This document shows, one piece after another, positions 50,693 through 61,157 of a DNA stretch of 64,000 nt. A program made the position numbers and the translations under genes. Under the pieces are notes generated by a model that did no database searches, was not told the DNA's origin, and saw only the letters and a list, made by a program, of their open reading frames with translations. Source of the stretch: Vulcanimicrobiota bacterium (GTDB lineage: Bacteria > Vulcanimicrobiota > Vulcanimicrobiia > Eremiobacterales > Eremiobacteraceae); assembly GCA_963812135.1 (NCBI GenBank), contig CAWETU010000001.1, positions 2,176,001-2,240,000 on the forward strand, read 5' to 3'. How positions within the stretch are numbered: position 1 is the first letter of the stretch; every line of letters begins with the position of its first letter.

Positions 50693-52606
50693 ATGGCGCT
50701 CACAGCTTCCGAGCTCACGACTTTGCGTTTGCTCGAGGCGACTTTCGCGCCCGTCGAGTGCGACGTCGACACCGCGACCGCGCAGGTGGCGACCGCGCTC
50801 GAGTTGCTGGCGCCTCACAAACGCGACCAGTTGCGCAGCCTGCTGAGTCTGTTGGAATCGCCCTTCTTCAACTTGTTCCGCGGCGGCTTGTTCAGGCCGT
50901 TTTCGGGGTTGGATCAAGAGCAACGCACGCGCGTGCTCGTGGGGATGGGCGACAGCATGTTCCCGTTGCTGCGCACGGGCTTCCAAGCGTTCAAGCGGTT
51001 GTGCACGTCGGCGGCGTACTCGGCGGTGGACGCGCATGGGCGCAATCCGCTGTGGGCGCTGAACGGGTATCCAGGGCCGCGCAATGACCGGCCTGCGTCT
51101 TCGAGCGTTCCGCCGCTGCCGATCACCGAGCCGGACGCGCAGGAGCTGCACGCCGATGCCGTGGTGGTCGGCTCTGGTGCGGGCGGCGGCGTGGCCGCTG
51201 CGTTATTGGCCGCTTCCGGCAAGCGAGTCATCGTGCTGGAAGCCGGGCCACGCGCCGATCCCGCGGAGTTCACGCAGCTCGAAGCTGCTGACATGTCGCG
51301 CTACTATCTCGACAACGCGTTAGCCGCGACTGACGATCTCGGCGTCGTGTTGCTCGCGGGCGCGTGCGTGGGGGGCGGCACGACTGTCAACTGGTGCACA
51401 TCGTTGCGCATATCCGACAAAGTCGCAGCCCAGTGGGGCGCGGCGAGCGGGGGTATCGATTTCGGGTCTTCGTTAGCGCCGCACTACGACGCGGTCTCGG
51501 AGCGGCTTGGCCTGATCGCCGTGAACGAGCACAACAAGAACAACGCCGCGCTGCTGCGCGGTTGCCAGGCGCTGGGTTGGCATGCGGCCTGCAATCTGAA
51601 GAACAGCGTCGGCTGCGGCGATGGCTGCGGGTATTGCGGCTTCGGCTGCGTCTACGGCGCGAAGCGCTCGACAGCGGCGACCTATTTGCTGGATGCGGTT
51701 GGCGCGGGCGCCACGATCGTGGCCGACGCGCGCGTAGAGCGGGTCTTGGTGGAGCGGGCCGCGGCGCGCGGCGTCGTCGCACAGTATAAAGGAAGAGAGT
51801 TGCACGTCCACGCGCCTTTAGTGGTGCTTGCGGCGGGCGCTTTGAGGACGCCTGGCATCCTCGCTCGCAGTGGAATCGACTCTCCGCATGTCGGACATCA
51901 TCTCAAGCTGCACCCGACGACGGCGTTGTTCGCTTCGTTCGACGAGCGCGTCGAGACCTACATCGGCCCGATGCAGACGGTGTATTCAGATCAATTCGGC
52001 GACCTCGACGATGCATACGGGGCCAAGATGGAAGTCGCGCCGGCGCATCCCGGGCTTGCCGCGTTCTCGTTGCCATGGCGTTCGCGCGAGCAGCATGCGG
52101 CGGCGATGCGCGAATCACCGTATGCGGCGGCGCTGATCTCGTTGACGCGCGATCGCGGCGAGGGCAGTGTCGGTCTGGACAAGCGCGGCGATGTGCGCTA
52201 CCAGGTGAACGAGTACGACATGCGTCATTTGCTCGACGGCCTCAACGGCTGCATCGAAGTCGCATTCGCGGCCGGCGCGCGTAAAGTCATCACGCTGCAT
52301 CAACGCATCATGGAGCTGACGCGCGAAGAGGCGACGCCCGAGCGGCGCCGCGATTTCGCCGAAGCGATCTTGCTCGGGGACAGCGCGCCCAACCGTTTAG
52401 CCGTGTATTCAGCGCATCAGATGGGAACGGCGCGGATGAACCGCGACCCGGGCAACGGCGTGGTCGACGAGCGCGGCGCGGTGAATGGGATGTCGGGGCT
52501 GTACATCTCAGACGGATCGGTATTTCCGCTCGCATCGGGGGTCAATCCGATGCTGACGATCATGGCGCTCGCGCATCGCACGGCGACGGCGTGCGCGCGC
52601 GGTTAA
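50693..52606 (+). CDS. GMC oxidoreductase (long-chain alcohol oxidase-like)
   Basis: VVGSGAGGG, GGGTTVNW, C.GCG.C.FGC, SAHQMGT, GVNPMLTIMA. Confidence 0.9.
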   Translation: MALTASELTTLRLLEATFAPVECDVDTATAQVATALELLAPHKRDQLRSLLSLLESPFFNLFRGGLFRPFSGLDQEQRTRVLVGMGDSMFPLLRTGFQAFKRLCTSAAYSAVDAHGRNPLWALNGYPGPRNDRPASSSVPPLPITEPDAQELHADAVVVGSGAGGGVAAALLAASGKRVIVLEAGPRADPAEFTQLEAADMSRYYLDNALAATDDLGVVLLAGACVGGGTTVNWCTSLRISDKVAAQWGAASGGIDFGSSLAPHYDAVSERLGLIAVNEHNKNNAALLRGCQALGWHAACNLKNSVGCGDGCGYCGFGCVYGAKRSTAATYLLDAVGAGATIVADARVERVLVERAAARGVVAQYKGRELHVHAPLVVLAAGALRTPGILARSGIDSPHVGHHLKLHPTTALFASFDERVETYIGPMQTVYSDQFGDLDDAYGAKMEVAPAHPGLAAFSLPWRSREQHAAAMRESPYAAALISLTRDRGEGSVGLDKRGDVRYQVNEYDMRHLLDGLNGCIEVAFAAGARKVITLHQRIMELTREEATPERRRDFAEAILLGDSAPNRLAVYSAHQMGTARMNRDPGNGVVDERGAVNGMSGLYISDGSVFPLASGVNPMLTIMALAHRTATACARG

Positions 52607-52749
52607 ACGAAGACTGTGGGAAATCGTCTACGTTGATCGGTATTCGTTGCCATGGACAGTCACGGCCAGACAGTACGGCACGCGGCCCTCGCACTATCCC
52701 TGAGGCGGCGGCGGCGGCGGCTCCGGACAAGACGGATACACGACCAGCA

Positions 52750-53293
52750 CTAGAGCGCCGGTCGACGATCCCAGTTTCCGGGGTGGTACCCGGTCCTGTT
52801 CGCCGGCATGGTGAGCTGGAGTGGGCCAACGGCTCCGCAGTCCGGATCCGTCGTCACAAGTAGAGCGTGCTTCCGAACGGCACTTGAAGCTACCGTGGAT
52901 CCAACAGTCGGCGCCGGTCGTACCGTGATAGAAATCCGAGCTGCGATTGCTCGAAAAACTGAGGTCTGCGGGCGATGGGCCGCGACACTTGCCGGCGCAT
53001 AGCCGTGGCCTACGTTCGGAATGATCTGGAGATCCAACGCAAAGCACTTCAGCTCGGCTGCGGCAAGAGGTGGGGATGGCTTTGATCGGGCCGCTGCTGG
53101 GCCCACGCATCCTCCAGGAGGGAGGCGGCGGCAGGACGTGGATGTTCTGCAACGCGCACGGGTTTGTGGTGGTGAACGTCCGGTGTCCGGCCCCGGTTAC
53201 CGCCGCGTTTGCTCCAACAGAAGTCAAGATTTGAAGACCGACTAGCGCGGCTGCTGCGACGAACGTGACCGAGTGCGCTACGATTGTCCTCAT
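52750..53293 (-). CDS. Possible secreted hypothetical protein, reading frame uncertain
   Basis: GGGAG RBS and signal-like MRTIVAHSVTFVAAAALVG; downstream sense seems to switch frames. Confidence 0.3.
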
Positions 53294-53418
53294 TGCGTAG
53301 CACTCCCTGTCATATCTGATCAAGGCCGGAGGCCGCGGCACGCGGCGAACTTAGCCGGCTAGGACGGCACGCTCGGTCACACCGGGAAAGCAGAGAACCC
53401 GTGATGAAAACGTGCGAC

Positions 53419-54078
53419 ATGAGCAGACGTATCATTCTCACGCTTCTCATATTGCTATGTTGCGCAACCGCTCCGGCGACCGCGGATGACGCTTCCTCGG
53501 CTGCGGCTCGTTTAGCAAAATGCGACGGTCAGGCAAATGAGACGCCGATTCCGACAGCCGAGCTCGTGCAAGGTAGCTACGCGGTGGTCGGCTTGAAATG
53601 TGAGCCCGACGACGGCTTTGTGGTTGTGCTCCATCAAACCGCAAGCGGGTGGTCGGCTCCTATTAAGACCGACGCATCCCATCTTCAGCAAAATCCCTTC
53701 GCCGTAAGCGGCGTGCCGCAAGATGTCGCCTCGTCGTTGTGGGCGACGTGGAAGGCTCGCGGAACCGGCCAATTCACCGACCCAGCTGATGCAGCAGATT
53801 CAGCCGCGGCGATCGCGGCCGCTCGGGCCGCTGGAAGCGCGCATCCAAACGCTAAAGCTGTGGTGGGTCCTTGGATTATCGGCCCGTGGGCAGAGGCGTT
53901 GTGGAGCGACGGGATCCACGGCAACGGCGATATCGTGCTCCACAAAGAGAACGGCAAGTGGATCGTGGTCGTGTGGGGGCAGCGGCTTCTCGGTGGGCCA
54001 TTCCACCTCAGCGCATTCGGCATGCCGTATAACATCGCGTGGCGTTTGATGGAATCGGAACATCGCCTCGAGCCCTAA
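53419..54078 (+). CDS. Secreted hypothetical protein with internal duplication
   Basis: Signal peptide; two units of G.(Y/W)A...(V/I)VLH....W...G(V/M)P..(V/I)A..L. Confidence 0.65.
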   Translation: MSRRIILTLLILLCCATAPATADDASSAAARLAKCDGQANETPIPTAELVQGSYAVVGLKCEPDDGFVVVLHQTASGWSAPIKTDASHLQQNPFAVSGVPQDVASSLWATWKARGTGQFTDPADAADSAAAIAAARAAGSAHPNAKAVVGPWIIGPWAEALWSDGIHGNGDIVLHKENGKWIVVVWGQRLLGGPFHLSAFGMPYNIAWRLMESEHRLEP

Positions 54079-54155
54079 CGTTTCCGGCGGGACAGCTTTA
54101 GAGCACATCGGGCACGGTCCGAGGACGGACGTCGCGGCCTGCCCTCATCAACGCC

Positions 54156-54192
54156 GAGAGCGGCTCACATTTCGTGGGCCGCTTTCGTTTGT
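54156..54192 (+). terminator. Rho-independent terminator
   Basis: GAGAGCGGCTCAC-attc-like loop-GTGGGCCGCTTTC stem (G-U pairs) followed by T-rich tail, between convergent genes. Confidence 0.65.
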
Positions 54193-54211
54193 CTTCACGA
54201 GCGTACGCTCG

Positions 54212-54664
54212 CTATGCAGTACCCTCCACCGTCTTCTTCAGACCATCTAGGACCATTGACCAGTTCTTCTCGAGCTCTTTCTTCGAATCGGCATCGACAT
54301 CGCCAGCGCCCTGCCGATTGTCCTGGGTAAGCGTCACATTCGTCTGATCACCGGAACCGGTCAGCTCGAATGTGACAACATGATAATTTTCGGGAGTGTC
54401 CGCCATTCCTGAAAGCGCACTCCAATGGGTAAAGCTCAGGCGCTTGCAGGGCTCGACAGAGACGATCTCTCCCTTGTCCTCGTACTTCTTGCCTTTATAC
54501 TCCCCGCGGAAATAGATAGGACTTTCGACGTTCCAATCCGTGTCGACGTCACTGCCAAAGAAATACTTCTTAAGCATCTCGGGCGTCGTAAGGGCAGTCC
54601 ATACCTTTTCGGGTGAGGCGTTCACTAGGGTCGAGACTTGAGCCGCTTGCGTAGTTGTCGTCAT
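54212..54664 (-). CDS. SRPBCC / AHSA1-like domain protein
   Basis: ASPEKVWTALT.P, KYFFG, YEDKGEI, NWSMVLDGLK. Confidence 0.9.
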   Translation of the reverse strand: MTTTTQAAQVSTLVNASPEKVWTALTTPEMLKKYFFGSDVDTDWNVESPIYFRGEYKGKKYEDKGEIVSVEPCKRLSFTHWSALSGMADTPENYHVVTFELTGSGDQTNVTLTQDNRQGAGDVDADSKKELEKNWSMVLDGLKKTVEGTA

Positions 54665-54731
54665 TGCAAAACCTCCACCCTTGTTTTACCCAAGAACAAT
54701 GAGGGTACGCTATCGGTAACCGAGGATAGGG

Positions 54732-56109
54732 TTACTTGAGCGGGGCGGGGGTCGCGAGGTAGTCATCGGGGCATGACCCGATCACGTATTTGTGCGACGG
54801 GTCCGCCGTGACGCCGACGCAGATCTTGTAGCCGGCGAAGTTCACCGCGCGCAGGATCACGTAGATCGTGCCGTCATCCTTCTTATACTTGGTGCCGTTG
54901 CGCAGCACGTATTCGGTGTCTTTGGGCAGCGTGCGCTCGTCGTGCACCAACATCGCGGTGAGCTGCGCGACCGCGCGATAGAACGAATCGTTGTCGGTCC
55001 GATAGTGGAAGCCGATCACAGGCCCTTGATCGAGGCCCTCGTTCAGCTTCGCGTTGAGCCGGTCGATCGACGAGTTGCTCGTCGGCGATGGTTTGGGGCG
55101 CGGTGTCGGCGTCGGCGTCGGCTGGGGTGTCGGGCGCGGCGTGGGCAATGGGAGCGGCAAAGGAATGCCGTGCGTGCCGCCCGGCGGGCCCGGGGTTGAG
55201 CCCGTGCCTTTTGGTCCGCCCTTGGCGACCTGCGGTCCAGGTGATGCGGTCGAAGGCGCGGCGCTTGCCTTCGCTGGCGCGCTCGTCGGTGCGCTAGTGG
55301 GGGCGCTTGTCGGCGCAGAGGTCGGCGCTCGCGTTGGCGCATTCGTCGGCGCGTTGGTGGGCGCGCTCGTCGGCGCGCTCGTCGGTTTTGCTGTCGGCGC
55401 ATTCGTCGGCGCGGTGGTCGGTGCAGTGGTCGGCTTCGCGGTGGGCGGCGAAGTCGGCGCGTTCGTGGGTTTCGCGGTGGGTGCAACGACCGGCGCAATC
55501 GTCGGCCTGGCCGTCGGTCGTACCGTCGGCGGTGCGGTGGGTGCGATCGTCGGCGGCGCAGTCGGCACTTGCGTGGGTTTCGGCGTCGGCGGCAATGTCG
55601 GCGCGCGTCGTCGGTTTGGGCGTCGGTTGCGGCGTGGGCTTCGGCGTCGGCGGCTGCGTGGGTTGTGGCGTCGTCACGGCGACTTGCGTCGGCGACGGTT
55701 CAGGTGATGGCGACGGCGATGCCTTCGGTTGAATCGTGGGTCGCGGATTCGGTTTGGGATGCGCGGTCGGTTTCGGCTGCGGCGTCGCGCCGTGTTTGGC
55801 AGCGAGCTCGACGGGCACCGGCACGCTTACGACGCGGTGCACGGTGACCGGCCTCGGCGTGGGCCGAGGTTTGGGCGGTTGGGCCGGCGGTTGCGGCTGG
55901 CGGATGAGGGTTTGGACGACGACGTTCTGGCTGCTCTGGGTTGTCTCAGAGCGCGATCCGGATTCGATGTACGTCGCGGCGACGAACAGCAATAAGAGAA
56001 TGAAGAGCGCATGGACGATGACCGACGAGCCGAATCCAAAGGGCATATTCCAACGGTTTTCCCGTCGGGTACGCTCGACCGGAGTTAATGGACTCGGTGG
56101 CGGCAGCAT
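54732..56109 (-). CDS. Membrane-anchored Pro/Thr-rich protein, TonB-like N-terminus (+1 frameshift near 55605)
   Basis: SVIVHALF TM anchor, long PT(S/N/A)A repeats, small C-terminal domain with two Cys. Confidence 0.65.
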
Positions 56110-56187
56110 GCGGTCCCCCAAAGACTACGTTGCCGTGCGGCTCGATGTCGACTGCCTAGGACCCGCGCGGAAGGATTCCCTTTCGCG

Positions 56188-56652
56188 TCAGGTCTTAAGG
56201 TAGTTTTTGCCCGCGCTATCGACGAGCTCGCCGGCGGTGGTCCAGACCTCGCCGCCACGCAGGTTACCGTCCTGCACCATCACTCTGACTTGGACGTCTT
56301 CACGTCCACCATAACTGAAAGACTTGACTTCTTCCACCACACCGCGCGTGCCGTTCGGGATGACGAGCGCGTGCTCGCCGATCGCTGTAACCGCCGCTTG
56401 GCTATTCGTGTAGATCTGCGGATTGCGCGCTGCTTCGATCGTGAATCGCAGATACGTCTGCAACCAATACTCGTTGTAGAATCCCCAGCCGAAAGTTTCG
56501 CCGCCGACCGAACCGTCGAAGCGCACGGAATCGCCTTTGCTCGGCGAGCGGCCGTATGGGCTCGCGGCCGACGCGGCGAGCGGCGCCATGGCGAACAGCG
56601 CGAACAGCGCGCACACCGCGACGACGGTGGCAAATCTCTTGAATCGCGTCAC
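56188..56652 (-). CDS. Secreted hypothetical protein
   Basis: Signal peptide ending ASA; GTGA overlap with upstream gene. Confidence 0.7.
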   Translation of the reverse strand: MTRFKRFATVVAVCALFALFAMAPLAASAASPYGRSPSKGDSVRFDGSVGGETFGWGFYNEYWLQTYLRFTIEAARNPQIYTNSQAAVTAIGEHALVIPNGTRGVVEEVKSFSYGGREDVQVRVMVQDGNLRGGEVWTTAGELVDSAGKNYLKT

Positions 56653-57317
56653 GGGCTATCGACGACCGGTTCGACCGTCGCGTAAGGATTGGGTTCGGGC
56701 GTCGGCGTGCCCGGAGTCGGGGTCGTCGGCTCTTCGGTCGGTTGCGCTGGTGCGACCGGACGCGGCTGCGCTCCACTCGAGCTGCCGACCATGCCGCACA
56801 ACGTCGTCAACGACTGACGCGCTTCGGGCAGCGACGGCTGCGTCATCAGACGCGTGTAGACGGCGAACCATGCGTATCCGTTGAGGAGCGTCGACATCTG
56901 TTCGTACAGGACCTGATGCCCGTGGATGACGCTGGAGTACGAGAAGTAGTGCGCGGGCCGTCCACCGCACGTCGTCGTGTTCTCGTCGGCGCCGAGCTGG
57001 AAGCCCGGCAGGCCTCTGGCGAGCATCGCGATCGCGTGTTGCGCGTAGGCCGATGAGGAAAGCTGCGTGGCTTCACGGCCGACGACGATGTTCTGGCGGA
57101 AGTCGGTGTCGCCGGGGTGCACCCATACGCCGAGCATGCCGCGCGGCGGCTGCGTGGACTGCCATCCGGCCGGGGGCAGGAAAGGCAGGCTATCGCCGAA
57201 GACCCGCGTTGCGATGCCCGCTATGCCGACGATCGCAAAGCAAAGCGCGCACGCCGTCGCAAGACGGCGGCGCGCAATGAGGCTCAACTCCCGAACGTGA
57301 ATGCCCCTCGTGCGCAT
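56649..57317 (-). CDS. Secreted hypothetical protein (possible PsbP/DcrB-like)
   Basis: PPAGW, FRQNIVV, TTCGGRPAHY, LTTLC, Pro-rich tail; start uncertain. Confidence 0.6.
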   Translation of the reverse strand: MRTRGIHVRELSLIARRRLATACALCFAIVGIAGIATRVFGDSLPFLPPAGWQSTQPPRGMLGVWVHPGDTDFRQNIVVGREATQLSSSAYAQHAIAMLARGLPGFQLGADENTTTCGGRPAHYFSYSSVIHGHQVLYEQMSTLLNGYAWFAVYTRLMTQPSLPEARQSLTTLCGMVGSSSGAQPRPVAPAQPTEEPTTPTPGTPTPEPNPYATVEPVVDSP

Positions 57318-59410
57318 GGATAGTATATCGGTTTTTCGGGGCTCGAAGCTTACGTGGGCCGTGCTGGCGGGCGCCCTGCTGTTCGGCGCTTTGGGGATCG
57401 CGCCCGCGAACGCGGCAGGGCCGCCGCCACCCGACGTCGCGATCAAATTGCGTGATGGCCACTACTTGCATCTCGCGCCCTTGCCGTTCGGGGGCCTCGC
57501 AGCGGTGCCCGTCGGCGCCGCGCGCTTTGACGCGAGCGGCACGCGCGCGGTGCTGCTCGCGACGTTTCCTGGCGGCGCGATCCGCGGCGAGTGGCGCGGC
57601 GCAAGTCCCACGTTCGCGTATCTCGTCGATGCCGGACGGGGCACGCTGACGCAGTTGTCGACCGATGGCCACGCGGTGTCGGTGGCGTGGAGCGGCGCGA
57701 ATGCGGTCACGATTCTCGAAGCCGCGCATCAACCGTTCGAGCTGGCGGTGGCGGGCGCCGGCGGCGGGGCGCTGCCCGTTGCGCGTTTTCGCCCCGGCTC
57801 CGATGTGCCCGACGGCAGCGCGTATGTGTCGCCGAAGACGACCGATCGATTCGCGGTCTTTCGGGCAGGCGATGGACGCTATGTCGTGCAGCAAATCGGC
57901 GCGCGCCGATTTCGGATCGGCGGCGTGGCGAGCAACGGCGCGTATGCGGTCATCGGCTCGTACCTCGCGTGGATCGACGGACAGCGGCACATCGCTCATC
58001 AAGTCGCGCGCTTCGGGCCCGATCTCGTGGAGCCGCTTTCTTTCGCAGGATCGCCGTACGGCGACGCGCTCGTCCCTATCCTGCCGTTGGGCAATCCCGT
58101 GTATCAGGCGGCATATCGCAACGGCGTCGCCTATTTTTCATTCTCTTACGGCGTGCAGCGCATCGTCGCCGCGACGAACGACTTGGTGAATTTCTGGTTT
58201 CCGACGCTGCCGCACGATCCGTTGTTCACCGTGGGCGACGGTTTGGGCGCGAGTCCCGACGGCGCGCTGTACTTCATCCGGCCCGAAGAGGATACGATGC
58301 TCTTCACGCGCGGCGGGCGGTACGTGCGCGTGAACATATCCGGCTTGGATGCGGCGCGCGACGAGCATGCATTGCACGCAGCGCTGCACTACATCGATCC
58401 GACCGAGGACGCACTGCACGCGGCGCTGCTCGAGTGGCGCTTCTATCCCGTCGGCGATGCGGCCGGCCAGCGGTGGGTAGCGTCGCGACTCGGGCATCTT
58501 GTTGATCGGCGATCGTGCCGGCCATTTCACCTTGGTGAACCCGCCGCGATTTCCGTTCGCCGTGTTGGGTCGCACGGATGATGGCCGGTTGTGGGGCGCG
58601 TCGCCGTTAGCGCAACTGCCGCCGGCGGGCTCGAATGACTTGATGAGCGCGCTATGGTCATCGCGCGACGGCGTGACGTGGCAGCGCGTCGGTATTTTCC
58701 ACGGCGATATCGGGGCGATCGGTTCGCACGCCGGACAGATCTGGATCGCGGTGACGCAGAGTTGGCACGGACATCCGATGATCTTTGTGGCGCGCATCGA
58801 CAGCGCCGATCCGCAATGGAAGGCGCTGTTGCCGACCGGCGGCACGTATGGCGGCGAGCAGTTGTCGTTCGCCGATCTCGCCGGCGGCTTCTATCTTCTT
58901 TGGGGAGCGACGCCCGGCCGGCGTCTGGCCGGCGAAGGCGGACCGCTCTCGGCCTTTCGGATCGATGCGTCAAAGCTCGCGGCGGTCGACACGTCCGGCG
59001 AAAATATCTACACGACGCAACGCCTGGAACCCGATACCGATCCGTCGATGCCTGCGCTGGGCGATCAGGTCGCCGGCGCGACCGATATCCTTGCGCCGGC
59101 GCTTGCGCGCGCACGTGCGCCTGAGGGTCGCTTGCGCTTCACGATCGTGACGAACATTGCGGTCGATCCCGCGGACAGCCGCGGCATAACGATCATGAGT
59201 CCGGATCAGGAACGCGCTTTTGAGCTCAAGTACGCCGGCAAATCGTATCCGGTCGAAACGGTCATAGTTGGCCTGCTCGGCGATGAAGCACTTGCCTCAC
59301 GTTTGATCGAGTTCGCGCCGTTGCACGCCACTGGGCAGTCTGAGCGCTGGATCAAGACGCCGGCCGGCGGGTGGCGTCTTGCCGGCGTCTTGTCTTCTTT
59401 CAACTACTAG
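57316..59410 (+). CDS. Large secreted beta-rich hypothetical protein (+1 frameshift near 58492)
   Basis: Signal-like hydrophobic stretch ending ANAA; Asp-box-like SRDGVTW; two ORFs joined by removing one G; start uncertain. Confidence 0.6.
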
Positions 59411-59414
59411 CTTC

Positions 59415-59801
59415 TTACTGAGAAGCGCTGTCCGAGACGACGATCGTGCCGGTCATGTTCGGATGGTACGAGCATACGTACGAGTACGTCCCCGCTTTGG
59501 TGAACGTGAACGAGTACGTCATGCCCTTATCGAGATTGTGAGAATCGAACGCGCCGCCTGAATCGGTGGCGGTGTGCGAGATCCCATCGTCGTTACGCCA
59601 CTGCACGGTCGTGCCCGGCTTGATGGTGAGGCTTTGCGGTTTGAACGCGAAATCGTTGATGACGACAAGCACGGGTGCGCTGGTCGCACCGGCCATGGGG
59701 CTCGACGTGTCGGCGGACGCGCCGTTCATCGCGGCGAGCAGTATGATGGCGGTCGTGCCGGCGAGCGCGGCGAGCAGTCGGGCTGCGTGGCGAGCGATCA
59801 T
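59415..59801 (-). CDS. Plastocyanin/amicyanin-like type-1 copper protein
   Basis: AAGGAGG RBS, signal peptide, F.P..L....G.TV.W.N.D...HT, YVCSYHPNMTG. Confidence 0.92.
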   Translation of the reverse strand: MIARHAARLLAALAGTTAIILLAAMNGASADTSSPMAGATSAPVLVVINDFAFKPQSLTIKPGTTVQWRNDDGISHTATDSGGAFDSHNLDKGMTYSFTFTKAGTYSYVCSYHPNMTGTIVVSDSASQ

Positions 59802-59887
59802 TCAATCCTCCTTGATTGCATTGTTCCAGTCACATAACGTTCATGCTGCGCGCGGCGTCGCGGTTCCTTAAGGTACGCGCCTTTCTT

Positions 59888-61087
59888 TCAGGCGCTTTTC
59901 ATCCGGCGCGAGCGGACAAGCGGTACGAGCAGCACGAGGCCGAGCGCGCAAAGAGTGCCAGCGGAGCCGAACGCGACAACCGGTCCCGCGGCCTGCCACA
60001 GCAACCCAACGGTCGCGCTCGAAAAGAAATCGCCGATCCCGTTGATCGCGGCTAATACGCCAAAGCCGGTGCCACGGCGTTGCGCGGGCAGCAGCTCGGT
60101 GGCAAACGTGCCTTCCATCGGCTCGAGGATCGCGAATCCGGTGGCCGCGAGCACAAACGTGATGATGACGACCGGAATCGACATCGACCCAAAGGCGAGC
60201 AGCACGCCCACGCTTGTGAACAACGCGAACGCCGCGAGCAACATCCGTCCGGTGCCGATGCGCTCGCTGAGCACGCTCGCCGGAAATGCGAGCGATGCGT
60301 ACAGCACGTTGTGGCCGAGGTAGAGCGCCGTCGCGAACACGATCGCCTGCGCCGGCGTGACATACGGTGCGAACGCTCGCATGGCGACGAGCACGAGCAA
60401 CGTCGCGGAGAAATTCCCCAGCCCGAAGACACCCGCGCTGAGCAGGTAGCGCTTGAAATCGCCAGGCAGGTTCGCGAGCGCGATGGGCAAGCGTTCGCGC
60501 GGTGGGGTCGTGCGCGGCCTTTCCTTGACAAAGATGTACATCGCGCCGGCGAGGATGCCGGGGATGAGGCCGAACAGGATGGCCTGCCGCAGCGGCACGT
60601 GCATGGCGATGAACGTGATCGCCAGCGCCGGACCGATGACGGCGCCGACGGTGTCGAGCGCGCGCTGGAAGCCGAACGCGCGGTTCACGTACTTCGGATC
60701 GGTGTCGTCCACTAGCAGCGTGTCGCGGATGGGGCTGCGGAACCCGCGGCAGATCCAAGCAAGCGAGCGTAACGCGATCACCATGGGAATTGACGTCGCG
60801 AACGCGATCGCAGGCATGAATAGTCCGACGCCGAGGTAGCCGGTGGCGGTCCATGCGCGTCGGCGCCGCGTGTGATCTGCGAGCTGACCACCCCACAGCT
60901 TGAACGCCGCTGCAAGCGCGTCAGCGAGTCCCTCGACCAGCCCGAGCGCGGCGGCACCACCGCCGAGGGTTGCCAGAAACGCGGGCAAGAGAGGGATGAT
61001 CAGCTCGTAACACGCGTCGGAAAAAAGACTCGCAACGCCGATGGCCAAGACCGACGTCGTCAGCCAGGTACGTGTTGCGGGCTTCAT
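59888..61087 (-). CDS. MFS transporter
   Basis: About 12 TMs; SLFSD, G.LAD...RR, RSPIRD, AFGFQRALD..GA. Confidence 0.9.
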   Translation of the reverse strand: MKPATRTWLTTSVLAIGVASLFSDACYELIIPLLPAFLATLGGGAAALGLVEGLADALAAAFKLWGGQLADHTRRRRAWTATGYLGVGLFMPAIAFATSIPMVIALRSLAWICRGFRSPIRDTLLVDDTDPKYVNRAFGFQRALDTVGAVIGPALAITFIAMHVPLRQAILFGLIPGILAGAMYIFVKERPRTTPPRERLPIALANLPGDFKRYLLSAGVFGLGNFSATLLVLVAMRAFAPYVTPAQAIVFATALYLGHNVLYASLAFPASVLSERIGTGRMLLAAFALFTSVGVLLAFGSMSIPVVIITFVLAATGFAILEPMEGTFATELLPAQRRGTGFGVLAAINGIGDFFSSATVGLLWQAAGPVVAFGSAGTLCALGLVLLVPLVRSRRMKSA

Positions 61088-61157
61088 CGGGTCCGCATAT
61101 CATCCGTCCGCCGCGAACTCCTTTGCACACGTGATCTTTCTTCAAGGAGCCCACGCA

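Noticed and set aside
55090..55900. Tandem DNA repeats as a non-coding array
   Set aside because: Degenerate at third positions; explained by the Pro/Thr-rich protein linker
5990..59875. Recurring AGG-N(13-20)-CGAA/CCAA motif upstream of several genes as an alternative-sigma promoter
   Set aside because: Spacer lengths inconsistent and motif too short to support by eye in GC-rich DNA
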